DNA of 57,683 nt from Candidatus Aenigmatarchaeota archaeon (GTDB lineage: Archaea > Aenigmatarchaeota > Aenigmatarchaeia > QMZP01). Each line of letters opens with the position of its first letter. The stretch's first letter is position 1. Where the stretch lies: positions 1-57,683 of the forward strand of contig WAQT01000059.1 of NCBI GenBank assembly GCA_015520105.1. The letters are read 5' to 3'. Below the pieces are notes generated by a model. The model had not been told where the DNA came from. It was given only the letters and a program-made list of their open reading frames with translations, and did not search any database. Position numbers and translations under genes: made by a program. Below are positions 33,374 through 42,010 of the stretch, in pieces.

Positions 33374-34639
33374 ATGATGTGTATGAATGTATCAGTGAAG
33401 AATGTGCTTCTGGACGGGAAAAAGACAAACGTGTATATAGAAGACGGAAGGATAGCTGAAATAGGAGGCTTTGTTGAGGCCGACAGGGTGATAGACGGTT
33501 CCGGGAAGGCAGTCATTCCGGGGCTCGTGAATGCGCACACGCATGCTGCGATGACTCTCATGCGCGGATACGCTGACGACCTCCCCCTGCAGGAGTGGCT
33601 TGAGAACAAGATATGGCCAATGGAATCGAGACTTAACGAGGAGCTTGTTTATTGGGGAACGCGGCTCGCGTGCATAGAGATGATAAGGTCAGGGACAGTT
33701 GCGTTCAATGACATGTATCACTTCCAGGAAGGCGCCCTGAGGGCGGTCTCGGACAGCGGGATTAAAGCGGTTATGGGGCCTGTTCTCATAGACCTCCATG
33801 ACCCGGCGATGCTTGAAAGAGGGATAAGGGTTCAGAAGAGGTTCTTCAGTACTCTCAGGAGTTTCTCGAATCCAAGAATAAGGGGATGCGTCAACCCCCA
33901 TGCGGTGTATTCTCTCTCCCGCGAGGGGCTTGAGTGGTGCAGAGACTACGCGGAGGAGAACGGCTTTCTCCTGCACATACATCTTTCCGAGACGAAAAGG
34001 GAGAATGACGAGTTCTTCAGGAAGGAGGGAAAGAGCCCGGCGGAATATCTGGACGGCATTGGCATCCTGACAGAAAGAACGATTGCAGCTCATTGCGTGT
34101 GGCTTTCGCATAAGGATATAGATATCCTCTCTAAGAGGGGGGTGAGCGTTGCGCACTGCCCGGCATCCAACATGAAGCTCTCTACCGGGAGAGCGATGCC
34201 GTACGGACTGATGTCAAGATTTGGTGTGAACATAGCTCTCGGAACAGACGGCTGCGCCTCGAACAACAATCTTGACATGTTCGAGGAGATGAAAATCGCT
34301 GCGCTGCTCCATAAGCACGCATCCGGAGAGGCTTCTATAAGAGCCGCTGACGCGTTCAGGATGGCTACGGAGAACGGAGCGAAGGCGCTGGGAACAGGGA
34401 CAGGAAGGATAGAAGAGGGATCCCCTGCCGACATGGTTCTGGTCTCCGTCAGGAGGCCTGAGATGACGCCATTGCATGACCTTGTATCCAATCTGGTTTA
34501 CTCCGCAAGCGGTTCCTGTGTGGACACAGTCATAGTGGACGGCAGGATACTTATGGAGAAGGGGGTTGTTGATGGCGAGACGGAAGTTCTGAAGAAGGCA
34601 AGCGAAGCTGCAGAGAAGCTTGCAGAAAACTCTTTGTGA
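33374..34639 (+). CDS. mtaD: Amidohydrolase, 5'-methylthioadenosine/S-adenosylhomocysteine deaminase-like
   Basis: PGLVNAHTHAAMTLMRG, HIHLSETKRE, HCVWL, ALGTDGCASNN. Confidence 0.8.
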   Translation: MMCMNVSVKNVLLDGKKTNVYIEDGRIAEIGGFVEADRVIDGSGKAVIPGLVNAHTHAAMTLMRGYADDLPLQEWLENKIWPMESRLNEELVYWGTRLACIEMIRSGTVAFNDMYHFQEGALRAVSDSGIKAVMGPVLIDLHDPAMLERGIRVQKRFFSTLRSFSNPRIRGCVNPHAVYSLSREGLEWCRDYAEENGFLLHIHLSETKRENDEFFRKEGKSPAEYLDGIGILTERTIAAHCVWLSHKDIDILSKRGVSVAHCPASNMKLSTGRAMPYGLMSRFGVNIALGTDGCASNNNLDMFEEMKIAALLHKHASGEASIRAADAFRMATENGAKALGTGTGRIEEGSPADMVLVSVRRPEMTPLHDLVSNLVYSASGSCVDTVIVDGRILMEKGVVDGETEVLKKASEAAEKLAENSL

Positions 34640-34647
34640 TAAGAATG

Positions 34648-34920
34648 AGCAGGGCGCTGCCTTGGTGGGCAGTTCCGGAAAAGGCGGTTTACCGCTGACT
34701 CTCCTCCACTCCGCGACCCTTCAAGCACCGCCATTGCGGCTTAGGGCTGCTCGCTTCCGCGCCTGACCCGGTTCACCGCGATAACGGTCCTGAAGGACGG
34801 AGCTTCTCAGTCAAGACAGCGGTTCCGCAATCCCCGTTGCTGCCGCCCTTGGCATTCGGCCCCGCCATAAAGGCGGTTTGCGGTCACAGGGAACGCCTAA
34901 CTCCCCGGCCTAGCCCTGCC
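34648..34920 (-). ncRNA. SRP_RNA: Signal recognition particle (7S) RNA
   Basis: The minus strand begins GGCAGGGCUAGGCCGGGGAGUUAGGCG and ends ...GCGCCCUGCUC, so the termini pair. It contains the helix-8 signature GGUGAACCGGGUCAGGCGCGGAAGCGAGCAGCCCUAAG and a helix-6-like GGCAGCAACGG. The region is GC-rich and non-coding. Ends are approximate. Confidence 0.88.
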
Positions 34921-34940
34921 CGAATATTCTAAAGCGTTAA

Positions 34941-34952
34941 TTATTTAAATAG
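34941..34952 (-). promoter_or_regulatory. TATA box for SRP RNA (CTATTTAAATAA on the minus strand)
   Basis: About 21-32 nt upstream of the predicted 5' end at 34920. Confidence 0.5.
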
Positions 34953-35021
34953 CGGAACACAAGTAATTCATACGCAATTTGTATATTAACTACAGTATAG
35001 TGGTAATTATGTCGTGATATT

Positions 35022-36014
35022 ATGCGCTATCCGAAATATATTGTCGAGAGGGACGAGGAAGGGAGAATCTCGGGTCTGAGGGAGATAGAGGAGGGTTTTG
35101 ATAGCCCTTACGGCTCTCAGACGAATAACAGGTGCTCAGAGAACGGAATCGGAAGAAGGGAGTTTCTGAAGCTTGCAGCAAGCGCTCTTGTTCTCGGAAT
35201 GGCGGGCAGCATGGCCTCATCACTCTTTGGCAAAGGAAGCGATGCGATAGAGAAGAGCGACGGAGTGCGGGATGATTATGAAATTGTTTTTGTAACAGAA
35301 CACCCTGACAGAAGGGAGATGTACAGGATACTCACCAGCAGGTTGGGAGAAGAGGATGATGTTCCTCTTCTCGACAAAGAAGATGCGCTGACCTACATAA
35401 AGATAAGAACATCAGAATACGCCCCTGTAGTAAGAGAAGCCGCAAGGGATCTTGGCTGGGATGCGGACGATGCGATCTATACAGCTTTTATAGAGTCCAG
35501 CCTTGAGCATTTCGACAAGAAAGGGGTGCCGAAAAGGTCTGCAAGCGGGGCTTACGGTCTCATGGGAGTAAAGCCAGAGGCGTTCCGGGATGTTCTGGGT
35601 GTGATTGACATAGATTATGCCCGCGACAGACTGAGCAAGGGAAAGGGGTTTCGTAGATGGGTAAACTTCGCGAACGAGATTCCATCAATACCGAGGGAAC
35701 TTGGATATCTGAAAGAAAAGGGAGAGAAAGACGGATGGGAGATAGTGAAACAAGACCCTGCAACGAATGCCAGGGTCGGGATTGCCTACAGGATGATGCA
35801 CTTTCATGAGTCTGGAGGGAATATAGAAGAAGCGAGGAAGAGATACTATGCAGGTCCGGGAAATATCATGAAGAATGGTGGCATTGCGAGAATCGCAGAG
35901 AGGTACAGCATGCTGCACAAGGAGTTGGAAAGGATATGCGAGGCAGGGGACAGCAGGATGATGCTCTATTATGACATTTACGGAGAAAGGCTGGCAGAAC
36001 TGTCCAGAGAATGA
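35022..36014 (+). CDS. Tat-signal protein with a lytic transglycosylase (SLT/goose-lysozyme-like) domain
   Basis: Twin-arginine motif GRREFLKLAASALVLGMAG at about aa 45-63. SLT-like motifs FIESS (catalytic Glu-Ser), SASGAYGLMGV, DPATNARVGIAYRM and RYYAGPGN. Confidence 0.6.
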   Translation: MRYPKYIVERDEEGRISGLREIEEGFDSPYGSQTNNRCSENGIGRREFLKLAASALVLGMAGSMASSLFGKGSDAIEKSDGVRDDYEIVFVTEHPDRREMYRILTSRLGEEDDVPLLDKEDALTYIKIRTSEYAPVVREAARDLGWDADDAIYTAFIESSLEHFDKKGVPKRSASGAYGLMGVKPEAFRDVLGVIDIDYARDRLSKGKGFRRWVNFANEIPSIPRELGYLKEKGEKDGWEIVKQDPATNARVGIAYRMMHFHESGGNIEEARKRYYAGPGNIMKNGGIARIAERYSMLHKELERICEAGDSRMMLYYDIYGERLAELSRE

Positions 36015-36022
36015 CTGCCCGG

Positions 36023-38065
36023 TTACAAGAGAGTGCTGATGGCTCTCCGCGCCTTTTCATCCTTTGTTCCAAAAACAGCGTCCACAACCTCATTAGTTTC
36101 ATGGTTTTCAGTGACCCAGTATGGGTAGTGCACAAGCTCCACGCCGGATATCTCGATGTCCCAGAGCTCGGATACTTTTTTCGCGAAGTCCGGCGATATC
36201 ATGAAGCCGAGGATGATTCCTTCCGGTTTTGCCTTTTCAGGGGTTTCGGTTATCTGAACATTCTGTGGGTTTGGCGGAACGTTCTGAAGGACAAGGTTTC
36301 CCCTGAGCATGTGACCTTCCATTGATACGAGACCTTTCGAGCGCAGCTCTTCTATATTAGATTTCACGCTGCTGAGCGGTATCTTCAGCTCTCCGGATAT
36401 CCTCTCAGGGGTCGAAAGCCCGCTCTTGAGGAGGTAGAGGATGATAAGACGGCTTGATGGCGGGAGTTCGAGAAGTTCTCTTATGCCCGTGCTTCTTTCA
36501 AGACTCTCTCCCTTCCTGAACACCACTTCTCCTGTTATTCCGTCCACATAGAAGTTGAGAGTTCTGCTTCCGTATCTCGACCTGACCTTCCAGAGCGGGT
36601 AGTGAAGGAGGAAGGCCTTTCCGTATTTCCTCTCAATCTCGGCAAGAGGGATTCTGACAGGGAAGGATATTATCTCGCTTTCTGTCTGTTGTTTCGGTCT
36701 TGCAGGTTCAAGTTTTACATTCTCTCCGCCATGCTGTGTCCTTCTCACTCTTACGTCAACTACAAGGGGATGCTCGGTTGCGCCGACAATCATCGCGGCT
36801 CCAACCGGAAGGTCCTTTATCTCCTCCTTCATTCCCGCGCTCACTCCCTCCACAGAATCCGTGATTGCCTTCAGGTCATTGGGATTTGTGACCTTGAGTA
36901 TGATCTGCGTGTTGCACTGGGAAAGGACGGACTTGTCTATCCTAGCTGGCCTCTGGGTGACCACGCAGAGACCGAAGCCGAACTTTCTTCCCTCGCTTGC
37001 AACAGTTCTTATTATTCTCGAACTCGCGACCTCTCCGAAACCCCTCTCCGGGCAGAAGTTGTGCGCCTCCTCAATAACCATGAGGAATGGGGGTATCACT
37101 CCGTGCTTCCTCGCCCTGAAAAGCTCCTCCACGAGTCTCATCACAACAATGCTCTGGGTCTCCTGTTTGGCCTCCTTGAGGTCTATCACAGTCACCTTTC
37201 CCTTCCTCACGAGCGCTGAAGGGAGCGTGGGGTTCTCGGAGAACAGGCCTGTCCCCTTCAGGAACTCCAGCATGGAGAGAAGGTTCCATTTGGCGTTCGA
37301 CTTGGCTGCGGAGACCTGCTCTATTATGTCATTGAGATTGTAGTCCCGACCCTCGAGGTCCCTGAGCGCGGAGTAGAGGAGACCTTTCTGGGAGGAGGAG
37401 AGCTTTGCAGGAAGCATCTGGAATATTTCCTGAGCGGACAGTTTGGAGCTGAGTGATATCCTCCTCGTTCCCGAGACGCCGAATACCGATACCTGATTCC
37501 TGTAGGACTTCGGCTCCACCCCGAACCTTGCGGCGTGTTTTATTTCCTCTTTGTTCCTGTTCTCCCTCCTCAGGCTCGCGTACTCCCCGTGCGGGTCTAT
37601 CACAACCACCGGAATCCCGTGCTCAGCCAGTTCCTCGAGAAGCACACCAACCACGTAACTCTTTCCCGCGCCGGTCTTTGCGAGAACAGCGATGTGCTTC
37701 CTTATCATGTGCTCTATGTCCAGCATCACCCGGATGTCGTAGCCTTCAAGAAGGCCTATGTACGCTCCGGAGCGGGAGAGGCCCAGCGTCTCGGAGATAA
37801 ACTCCTTCTCCGCAGCGTACACCGGGGTTCCGGGAGCTATCGGAACCCTAGGGGACTGGAGGAATCCCCTGCTGTCCCTGTAGCCAATCACCCTCGCGCT
37901 CACTTTTGTGGAGTCGTGATATTGCACGACAGAGTCAACAATAGCGAGAACCCATTTGCCCTCCGGGTCTTTGGCCGAGACGTAGTCGAGTTTGTTCACC
38001 CTCGCCTCTGCCTCGAACCCGAACCTCTTGGTGGTCGCGCTTCCGGAGACCTTACCGAGAATCAT
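36023..38065 (-). CDS. HerA-like (DUF87) FtsK/HerA-superfamily ATPase with a ~230-aa C-terminal extension containing a winged helix
   Basis: HAS-barrel-like N-terminus, Walker A VLAKTGAGKSY and Walker B FLMVIEEAHNF. The C-terminus has wHTH LIILYLLKSGLSTPERISGELKIPLSSVKSNIEELRSKGLV flanked by two HYP[LY]W...VD..[TF]G modules. Confidence 0.75.
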   Translation of the reverse strand: MILGKVSGSATTKRFGFEAEARVNKLDYVSAKDPEGKWVLAIVDSVVQYHDSTKVSARVIGYRDSRGFLQSPRVPIAPGTPVYAAEKEFISETLGLSRSGAYIGLLEGYDIRVMLDIEHMIRKHIAVLAKTGAGKSYVVGVLLEELAEHGIPVVVIDPHGEYASLRRENRNKEEIKHAARFGVEPKSYRNQVSVFGVSGTRRISLSSKLSAQEIFQMLPAKLSSSQKGLLYSALRDLEGRDYNLNDIIEQVSAAKSNAKWNLLSMLEFLKGTGLFSENPTLPSALVRKGKVTVIDLKEAKQETQSIVVMRLVEELFRARKHGVIPPFLMVIEEAHNFCPERGFGEVASSRIIRTVASEGRKFGFGLCVVTQRPARIDKSVLSQCNTQIILKVTNPNDLKAITDSVEGVSAGMKEEIKDLPVGAAMIVGATEHPLVVDVRVRRTQHGGENVKLEPARPKQQTESEIISFPVRIPLAEIERKYGKAFLLHYPLWKVRSRYGSRTLNFYVDGITGEVVFRKGESLERSTGIRELLELPPSSRLIILYLLKSGLSTPERISGELKIPLSSVKSNIEELRSKGLVSMEGHMLRGNLVLQNVPPNPQNVQITETPEKAKPEGIILGFMISPDFAKKVSELWDIEISGVELVHYPYWVTENHETNEVVDAVFGTKDEKARRAISTLL

Positions 38066-38205
38066 GAGAACACAGAATATATTTGCATCGCGTTATTTTA
38101 TCCTTTTGGTGGGAATAGAAACGTTAAAATTCATTGTCATAGATACTATGAATGATGACTTTTACTAAAATGAATTTTAACTATATAATGGTAGTTAATC
38201 AAATG

Positions 38206-38218
38206 TTTATAAATATAT
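38206..38218 (+). promoter_or_regulatory. TATA box (TTTATAAATATAT) for the methyltransferase gene
   Basis: Ends 16 nt upstream of ATG 38235. Confidence 0.4.
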
Positions 38219-38234
38219 CTTCTTATTTGATGCT

Positions 38235-39140
38235 ATGGACGATAACATCCAAACAGGAATAAAAGAGAACAATAGAATCAGTCCTACCGCCAAGCTTGTT
38301 GCATACTGGAGAGCGATGTCAGGAATTCATTATGCTGATGAGATTGCAGAGACCGCTAACACAAAAGAGACTGCAGAGGGTTTCTTTGATAAAGAAACAT
38401 TTGATATGATATCTGGGTTTGTAATGCCATATATAGAAGCAAGATTCAGGACTATTAATTATCATCTGGATAACGAAGGAACAAACAATATTCTGGAACT
38501 GGCGATGGGTCTGTCTCCAAGAGGTCTGGAATATGCATCAAAAGGCAGCGTCTATGTAGGAACCGATCTGCCTGATATATTGAAAGAAAGCTCCAATATT
38601 ATCCTGATGATTGCAGAAAGGGATGAAGTTCCTTCCGAGAATCTCAATCTGACACCTGCTAATGTTCTGAAAAAGGAGGAACTGGAAAAAGCGGCCGAAT
38701 ATTTCGGCAATGGGGAAATCGGCATATGCAATGAAGGCTTATTATTGTATCTGAACGAAGAGGAAAAGGCAATTATGGCAGAGAATGTAAGGGACGTTCT
38801 TCTCAAACACGGCGGTGTATGGATAACACCCGACATTGACACGCTTGACAAGATGGAAGAAAGGTCCAGAAAATATCCTGACCCTGTTTTCAGGAAGATA
38901 AGGGAAAAGGCGTTTGAAATATTATATGAGAAGACTGGATGCAATGTACTGGAAAACTTTTTCAGGACGGATGAAGAAGCGTTGAGGTTTTACAGGGAGA
39001 TTGGATTCTCCGTGGAAATGCGCCCGTTTTATAATATCAACGAACTAACTTCTTTTCGTAATGTTCCTGAGATGATGAGGAATTATGTTGCAGAATGGAT
39101 AAACGACAAGAAGACATGGGTAATGAGACCAAAAGAATAA
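38235..39140 (+). CDS. Class I SAM-dependent methyltransferase (leucine carboxyl/TcmP-like O-methyltransferase family)
   Basis: N-terminal ISPTAKLVAYWRA and SAM-loop-like ILELAMGLSPRG. The gene is AT-rich with AAA/GAA-biased codons. Confidence 0.55.
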   Translation: MDDNIQTGIKENNRISPTAKLVAYWRAMSGIHYADEIAETANTKETAEGFFDKETFDMISGFVMPYIEARFRTINYHLDNEGTNNILELAMGLSPRGLEYASKGSVYVGTDLPDILKESSNIILMIAERDEVPSENLNLTPANVLKKEELEKAAEYFGNGEIGICNEGLLLYLNEEEKAIMAENVRDVLLKHGGVWITPDIDTLDKMEERSRKYPDPVFRKIREKAFEILYEKTGCNVLENFFRTDEEALRFYREIGFSVEMRPFYNINELTSFRNVPEMMRNYVAEWINDKKTWVMRPKE

Positions 39141-39329
39141 CCTTTAACGATATTGACAAATATTTTTGTTTATGACAACGCGACAGAATGCATAATCGAA
39201 GGTGTATACAGAAGTTTTATAAGCCATACGATGGTATGATACATTACGTCGACAAAGGAATGGAGAAAATTCAGAGGATGGCATGTTCTGGTATAGTGAA
39301 AGAATTTTCAAGGCATGTATTTGAGTTGT

Positions 39330-41786
39330 TCATTTCCCCTTCAGGAATCCCCTCAGGCTTGACTGGCCTTCCTCTCCTTCAATGAAATCGCTCTCGGAGT
39401 AGCCGAGGCCGGAGAGTATCCTGAGGGCCGCGGGAACTATCTGGTTGCGGATGTAGTACTCCTCGTCATAGTCCTCCGCTCCCTCCGCAGGCTCGGCACG
39501 GGAGGATATGGAACCAGAGCCCTTGACTATGACATAGGCTATCGTGGAACCGGCAGAGACCTTGACTCCCCTCTCAGCGAGCTTTCTCGCCGCAACCACG
39601 TGAGGCCCGACCTGCTCGTAACTCTCGAGGGGCCTTGTTATCTGGGTGTATATCACGAGGTCGTCAATGCCGACCTTATGCTTCCTCACCTTTTCTATTA
39701 CTTCTCTCACTATCCTTGCAGCTTTTTCCGGAGAGCGGTCCTTCAGGACAGCGAGAAGGACTCTTTCCTGTGTGAGCTTCGCTATTCTCGACCAGTCCCT
39801 TCTCACCCTCTCGAATCCCCTTATAGTGATGTTCCCCCTGTAATCAAGGAGGGCGTATCTTTTCTTCGCCCCGCCTCCTGTCTTTGCAGAGACGAATATG
39901 CCCGACCTGTAGAAACCCTGGAAATCCAGCTCTATTATTCCGGGAAGAGCGGAGTTTACCTTATCCAGAAACACCGTCGCCTCCTTCGAGCTTTTCATTT
40001 TTATGAAAAGGGAATCGGTGTCTCCGTATATGGGGGTATACCCTTCCGCCTTGGCCTTGTCTATCACCTGCCTTATGTAATGCCGGCCCCAGAGAGCAGC
40101 GGACTGCGCGCACACCCTGGAATACCACCTCGAGCCTGGATAGCCGTAGTAGCCGTAAGAGGCGTTGGCCATTATCTTGAGCACGTGCTGCCTCACCTCA
40201 AGCCTCCTGTATCTCTCGCTCTCCCTTCTCAGACCTTTCATTCTCCTCTTTATCTCCTGCCTCTCCTCTATGAGCTCCCTCACCATGGAAGGAACTATTC
40301 CGGGCTTGTTTGCGCAGTAGTAATGTTCCCCTCCGGGGTCCATGTTCTTCCTGTGGCCTCCCTTGCACTCCTCGCAGCTCATGCAGTCCAGCGTTTCGGG
40401 AGAGATGTTGTGCGTGACTATTATGGACGGATACAGGGAACGGAAGTCGAACAGCGCTATTCCTGTATGAATTCCCTCGACCGGCTCTAGGACATAGCCG
40501 CCGGTGTATGGGGGGTACATTCTCCTCTTCTGTATCTCATCGTAAGGAGGCCTTCTCGGAACAACCTCCCCAAGGGAATGGGCCTTCCTGATGAGAAGCC
40601 ACTCCACAAGCTGGGAGTAGCTCATCCTCGAGACATCGAACGGAGTCTGGCCCACCACCCTGCACAGCTCGAATATCTGCGGGAGGACAGCGGAGGCCAC
40701 GTCAAGAGCGAGTTTAGCGTCATTGAGGCAGTATTTCGCGAGGTCTTCTATGTCACCTGAAAACCAAGACCTCTCGATGTCCTTCCATGCCATGCTTCTC
40801 TTTGATTTCCCGGTAAGTTCTCTCGCAACGTTCTCAAGCGTCAGAACCTCGCTCGAGAGAGAGGGTTCCATTATGCTGCTTATGAAGTTGAAAAGGTCTA
40901 TATGGCATCTTCCGTGAATCCTCGCGGACGCGGTCCTCATCCTCCTCCTGAACCTGAGAGGGGTGAGGCTCCTTCCGAGGTTCAGGCGTATTCCGTGTTT
41001 GTTCGCCCTTTCATGTATTCTCTCGAAATCGAACCTGTCGGTATTGTATCCCAATATTATGTCCGGGTCTCTCTCCCTGACAAGGGAGACGAATCTCTCT
41101 ATCATCTCTCCCTCTCCCTGAAGGGTTTCCGAGCCTTTCGCTCCGCACTTCCTGTACGTGAGAAGCCTGGAGAAGCCCTTCTCTCTGATGGATATCATTA
41201 TTATCCTCTCCTCTCCGTCCTCTTCCACAGTCTCTATATCGAAAGAGAGAATCCTCAGGGGAGGGAAGTCCTCCCTTTCCAAAGGCCTTATGCTTTCGGC
41301 TTCGATTGAAAGGTCGAAATTCCATTCCGTTTCGAACTCCCTCCCCTCGACCTCTATCCACGTCATCGGGAAGAGGTTCCGGTCTATGAGGTACCTCCTG
41401 TAGAAGGATATCGAGTATTCGTATTCGTTCGCCACGTCCTTCCATTCCTTGAGAAGGTCTCTGAGTTTCGGTATGTCGGCAGGGACGCGCGCATAGACCT
41501 TGAGCATATTTCTTTTTCTTCCGAGATAGCTTCTCTCGACTGCCTCTACCTTCACCGGCTTCCTTCCGTCTATCTCAAGTGAGAGGATTCGTGACCTTAA
41601 GTCTGTTATCTCCTTCTTGTTCAGAGACTCCTTCGGCTCCACGTAAAAGTATGGAAGGAAGCTTCTGTCCTTCACTAGGACACTCTTCCCCTCTCCGGTC
41701 TTTCCGAATATAGTTATCACAGGATTTTCTTCCTCCAGCATGTAGTCGAGGTCGAGGATGCATAGCTCCGCTCTCTTTTCAGCCAT
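39330..41786 (-). CDS. polB: Family B DNA polymerase
   Basis: Exo I FDIETV; pol motif A DFRSLYPSIIVTHN; motif B KIMANASYGYYG; motif C IYGDTDSLFI. Confidence 0.95.
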   Translation of the reverse strand: MAEKRAELCILDLDYMLEEENPVITIFGKTGEGKSVLVKDRSFLPYFYVEPKESLNKKEITDLRSRILSLEIDGRKPVKVEAVERSYLGRKRNMLKVYARVPADIPKLRDLLKEWKDVANEYEYSISFYRRYLIDRNLFPMTWIEVEGREFETEWNFDLSIEAESIRPLEREDFPPLRILSFDIETVEEDGEERIIMISIREKGFSRLLTYRKCGAKGSETLQGEGEMIERFVSLVRERDPDIILGYNTDRFDFERIHERANKHGIRLNLGRSLTPLRFRRRMRTASARIHGRCHIDLFNFISSIMEPSLSSEVLTLENVARELTGKSKRSMAWKDIERSWFSGDIEDLAKYCLNDAKLALDVASAVLPQIFELCRVVGQTPFDVSRMSYSQLVEWLLIRKAHSLGEVVPRRPPYDEIQKRRMYPPYTGGYVLEPVEGIHTGIALFDFRSLYPSIIVTHNISPETLDCMSCEECKGGHRKNMDPGGEHYYCANKPGIVPSMVRELIEERQEIKRRMKGLRRESERYRRLEVRQHVLKIMANASYGYYGYPGSRWYSRVCAQSAALWGRHYIRQVIDKAKAEGYTPIYGDTDSLFIKMKSSKEATVFLDKVNSALPGIIELDFQGFYRSGIFVSAKTGGGAKKRYALLDYRGNITIRGFERVRRDWSRIAKLTQERVLLAVLKDRSPEKAARIVREVIEKVRKHKVGIDDLVIYTQITRPLESYEQVGPHVVAARKLAERGVKVSAGSTIAYVIVKGSGSISSRAEPAEGAEDYDEEYYIRNQIVPAALRILSGLGYSESDFIEGEEGQSSLRGFLKGK

Positions 41787-41804
41787 AATTAAGGGTTGGT
41801 TTTT

Positions 41805-41818
41805 CTCTATAAAAATGC
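41805..41818 (-). promoter_or_regulatory. TATA box for polB (GCATTTTTATAGAG on the minus strand)
   Basis: About 20-30 nt upstream of ATG 41786, suggesting a leaderless transcript. Confidence 0.45.
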
Positions 41819-42010
41819 GGTCAGAATGTATACCCTGTCCCGGAGACGCCCGGAAAAATTATATAAATATCGGAAGCATATATTCTATGCAATGACAGAA
41901 CGCGCAGCGCATGAACTGGTTGGTTCAGAACCGGTATGCATCGCTTATTAGAAGCGGTTTTCTTTGTCAGCAGGGCGTTCTGCTATTAGCCGGAAAAATG
42001 CGGAGAGAAC

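Noticed and set aside
39188-39385. 65-aa plus-strand ORF at the polB 3' end
   Set aside because: It overlaps the polB C-terminus antisense, lies in an A/T-rich spacer, and has no motifs.
41787-42010. Possible small RNA (C/D box) in the 224-nt polB/top6B spacer
   Set aside because: No properly spaced RUGAUGA/CUGA box pairs occur on either strand. The spacer is adequately explained by two divergent A/T-rich promoters.
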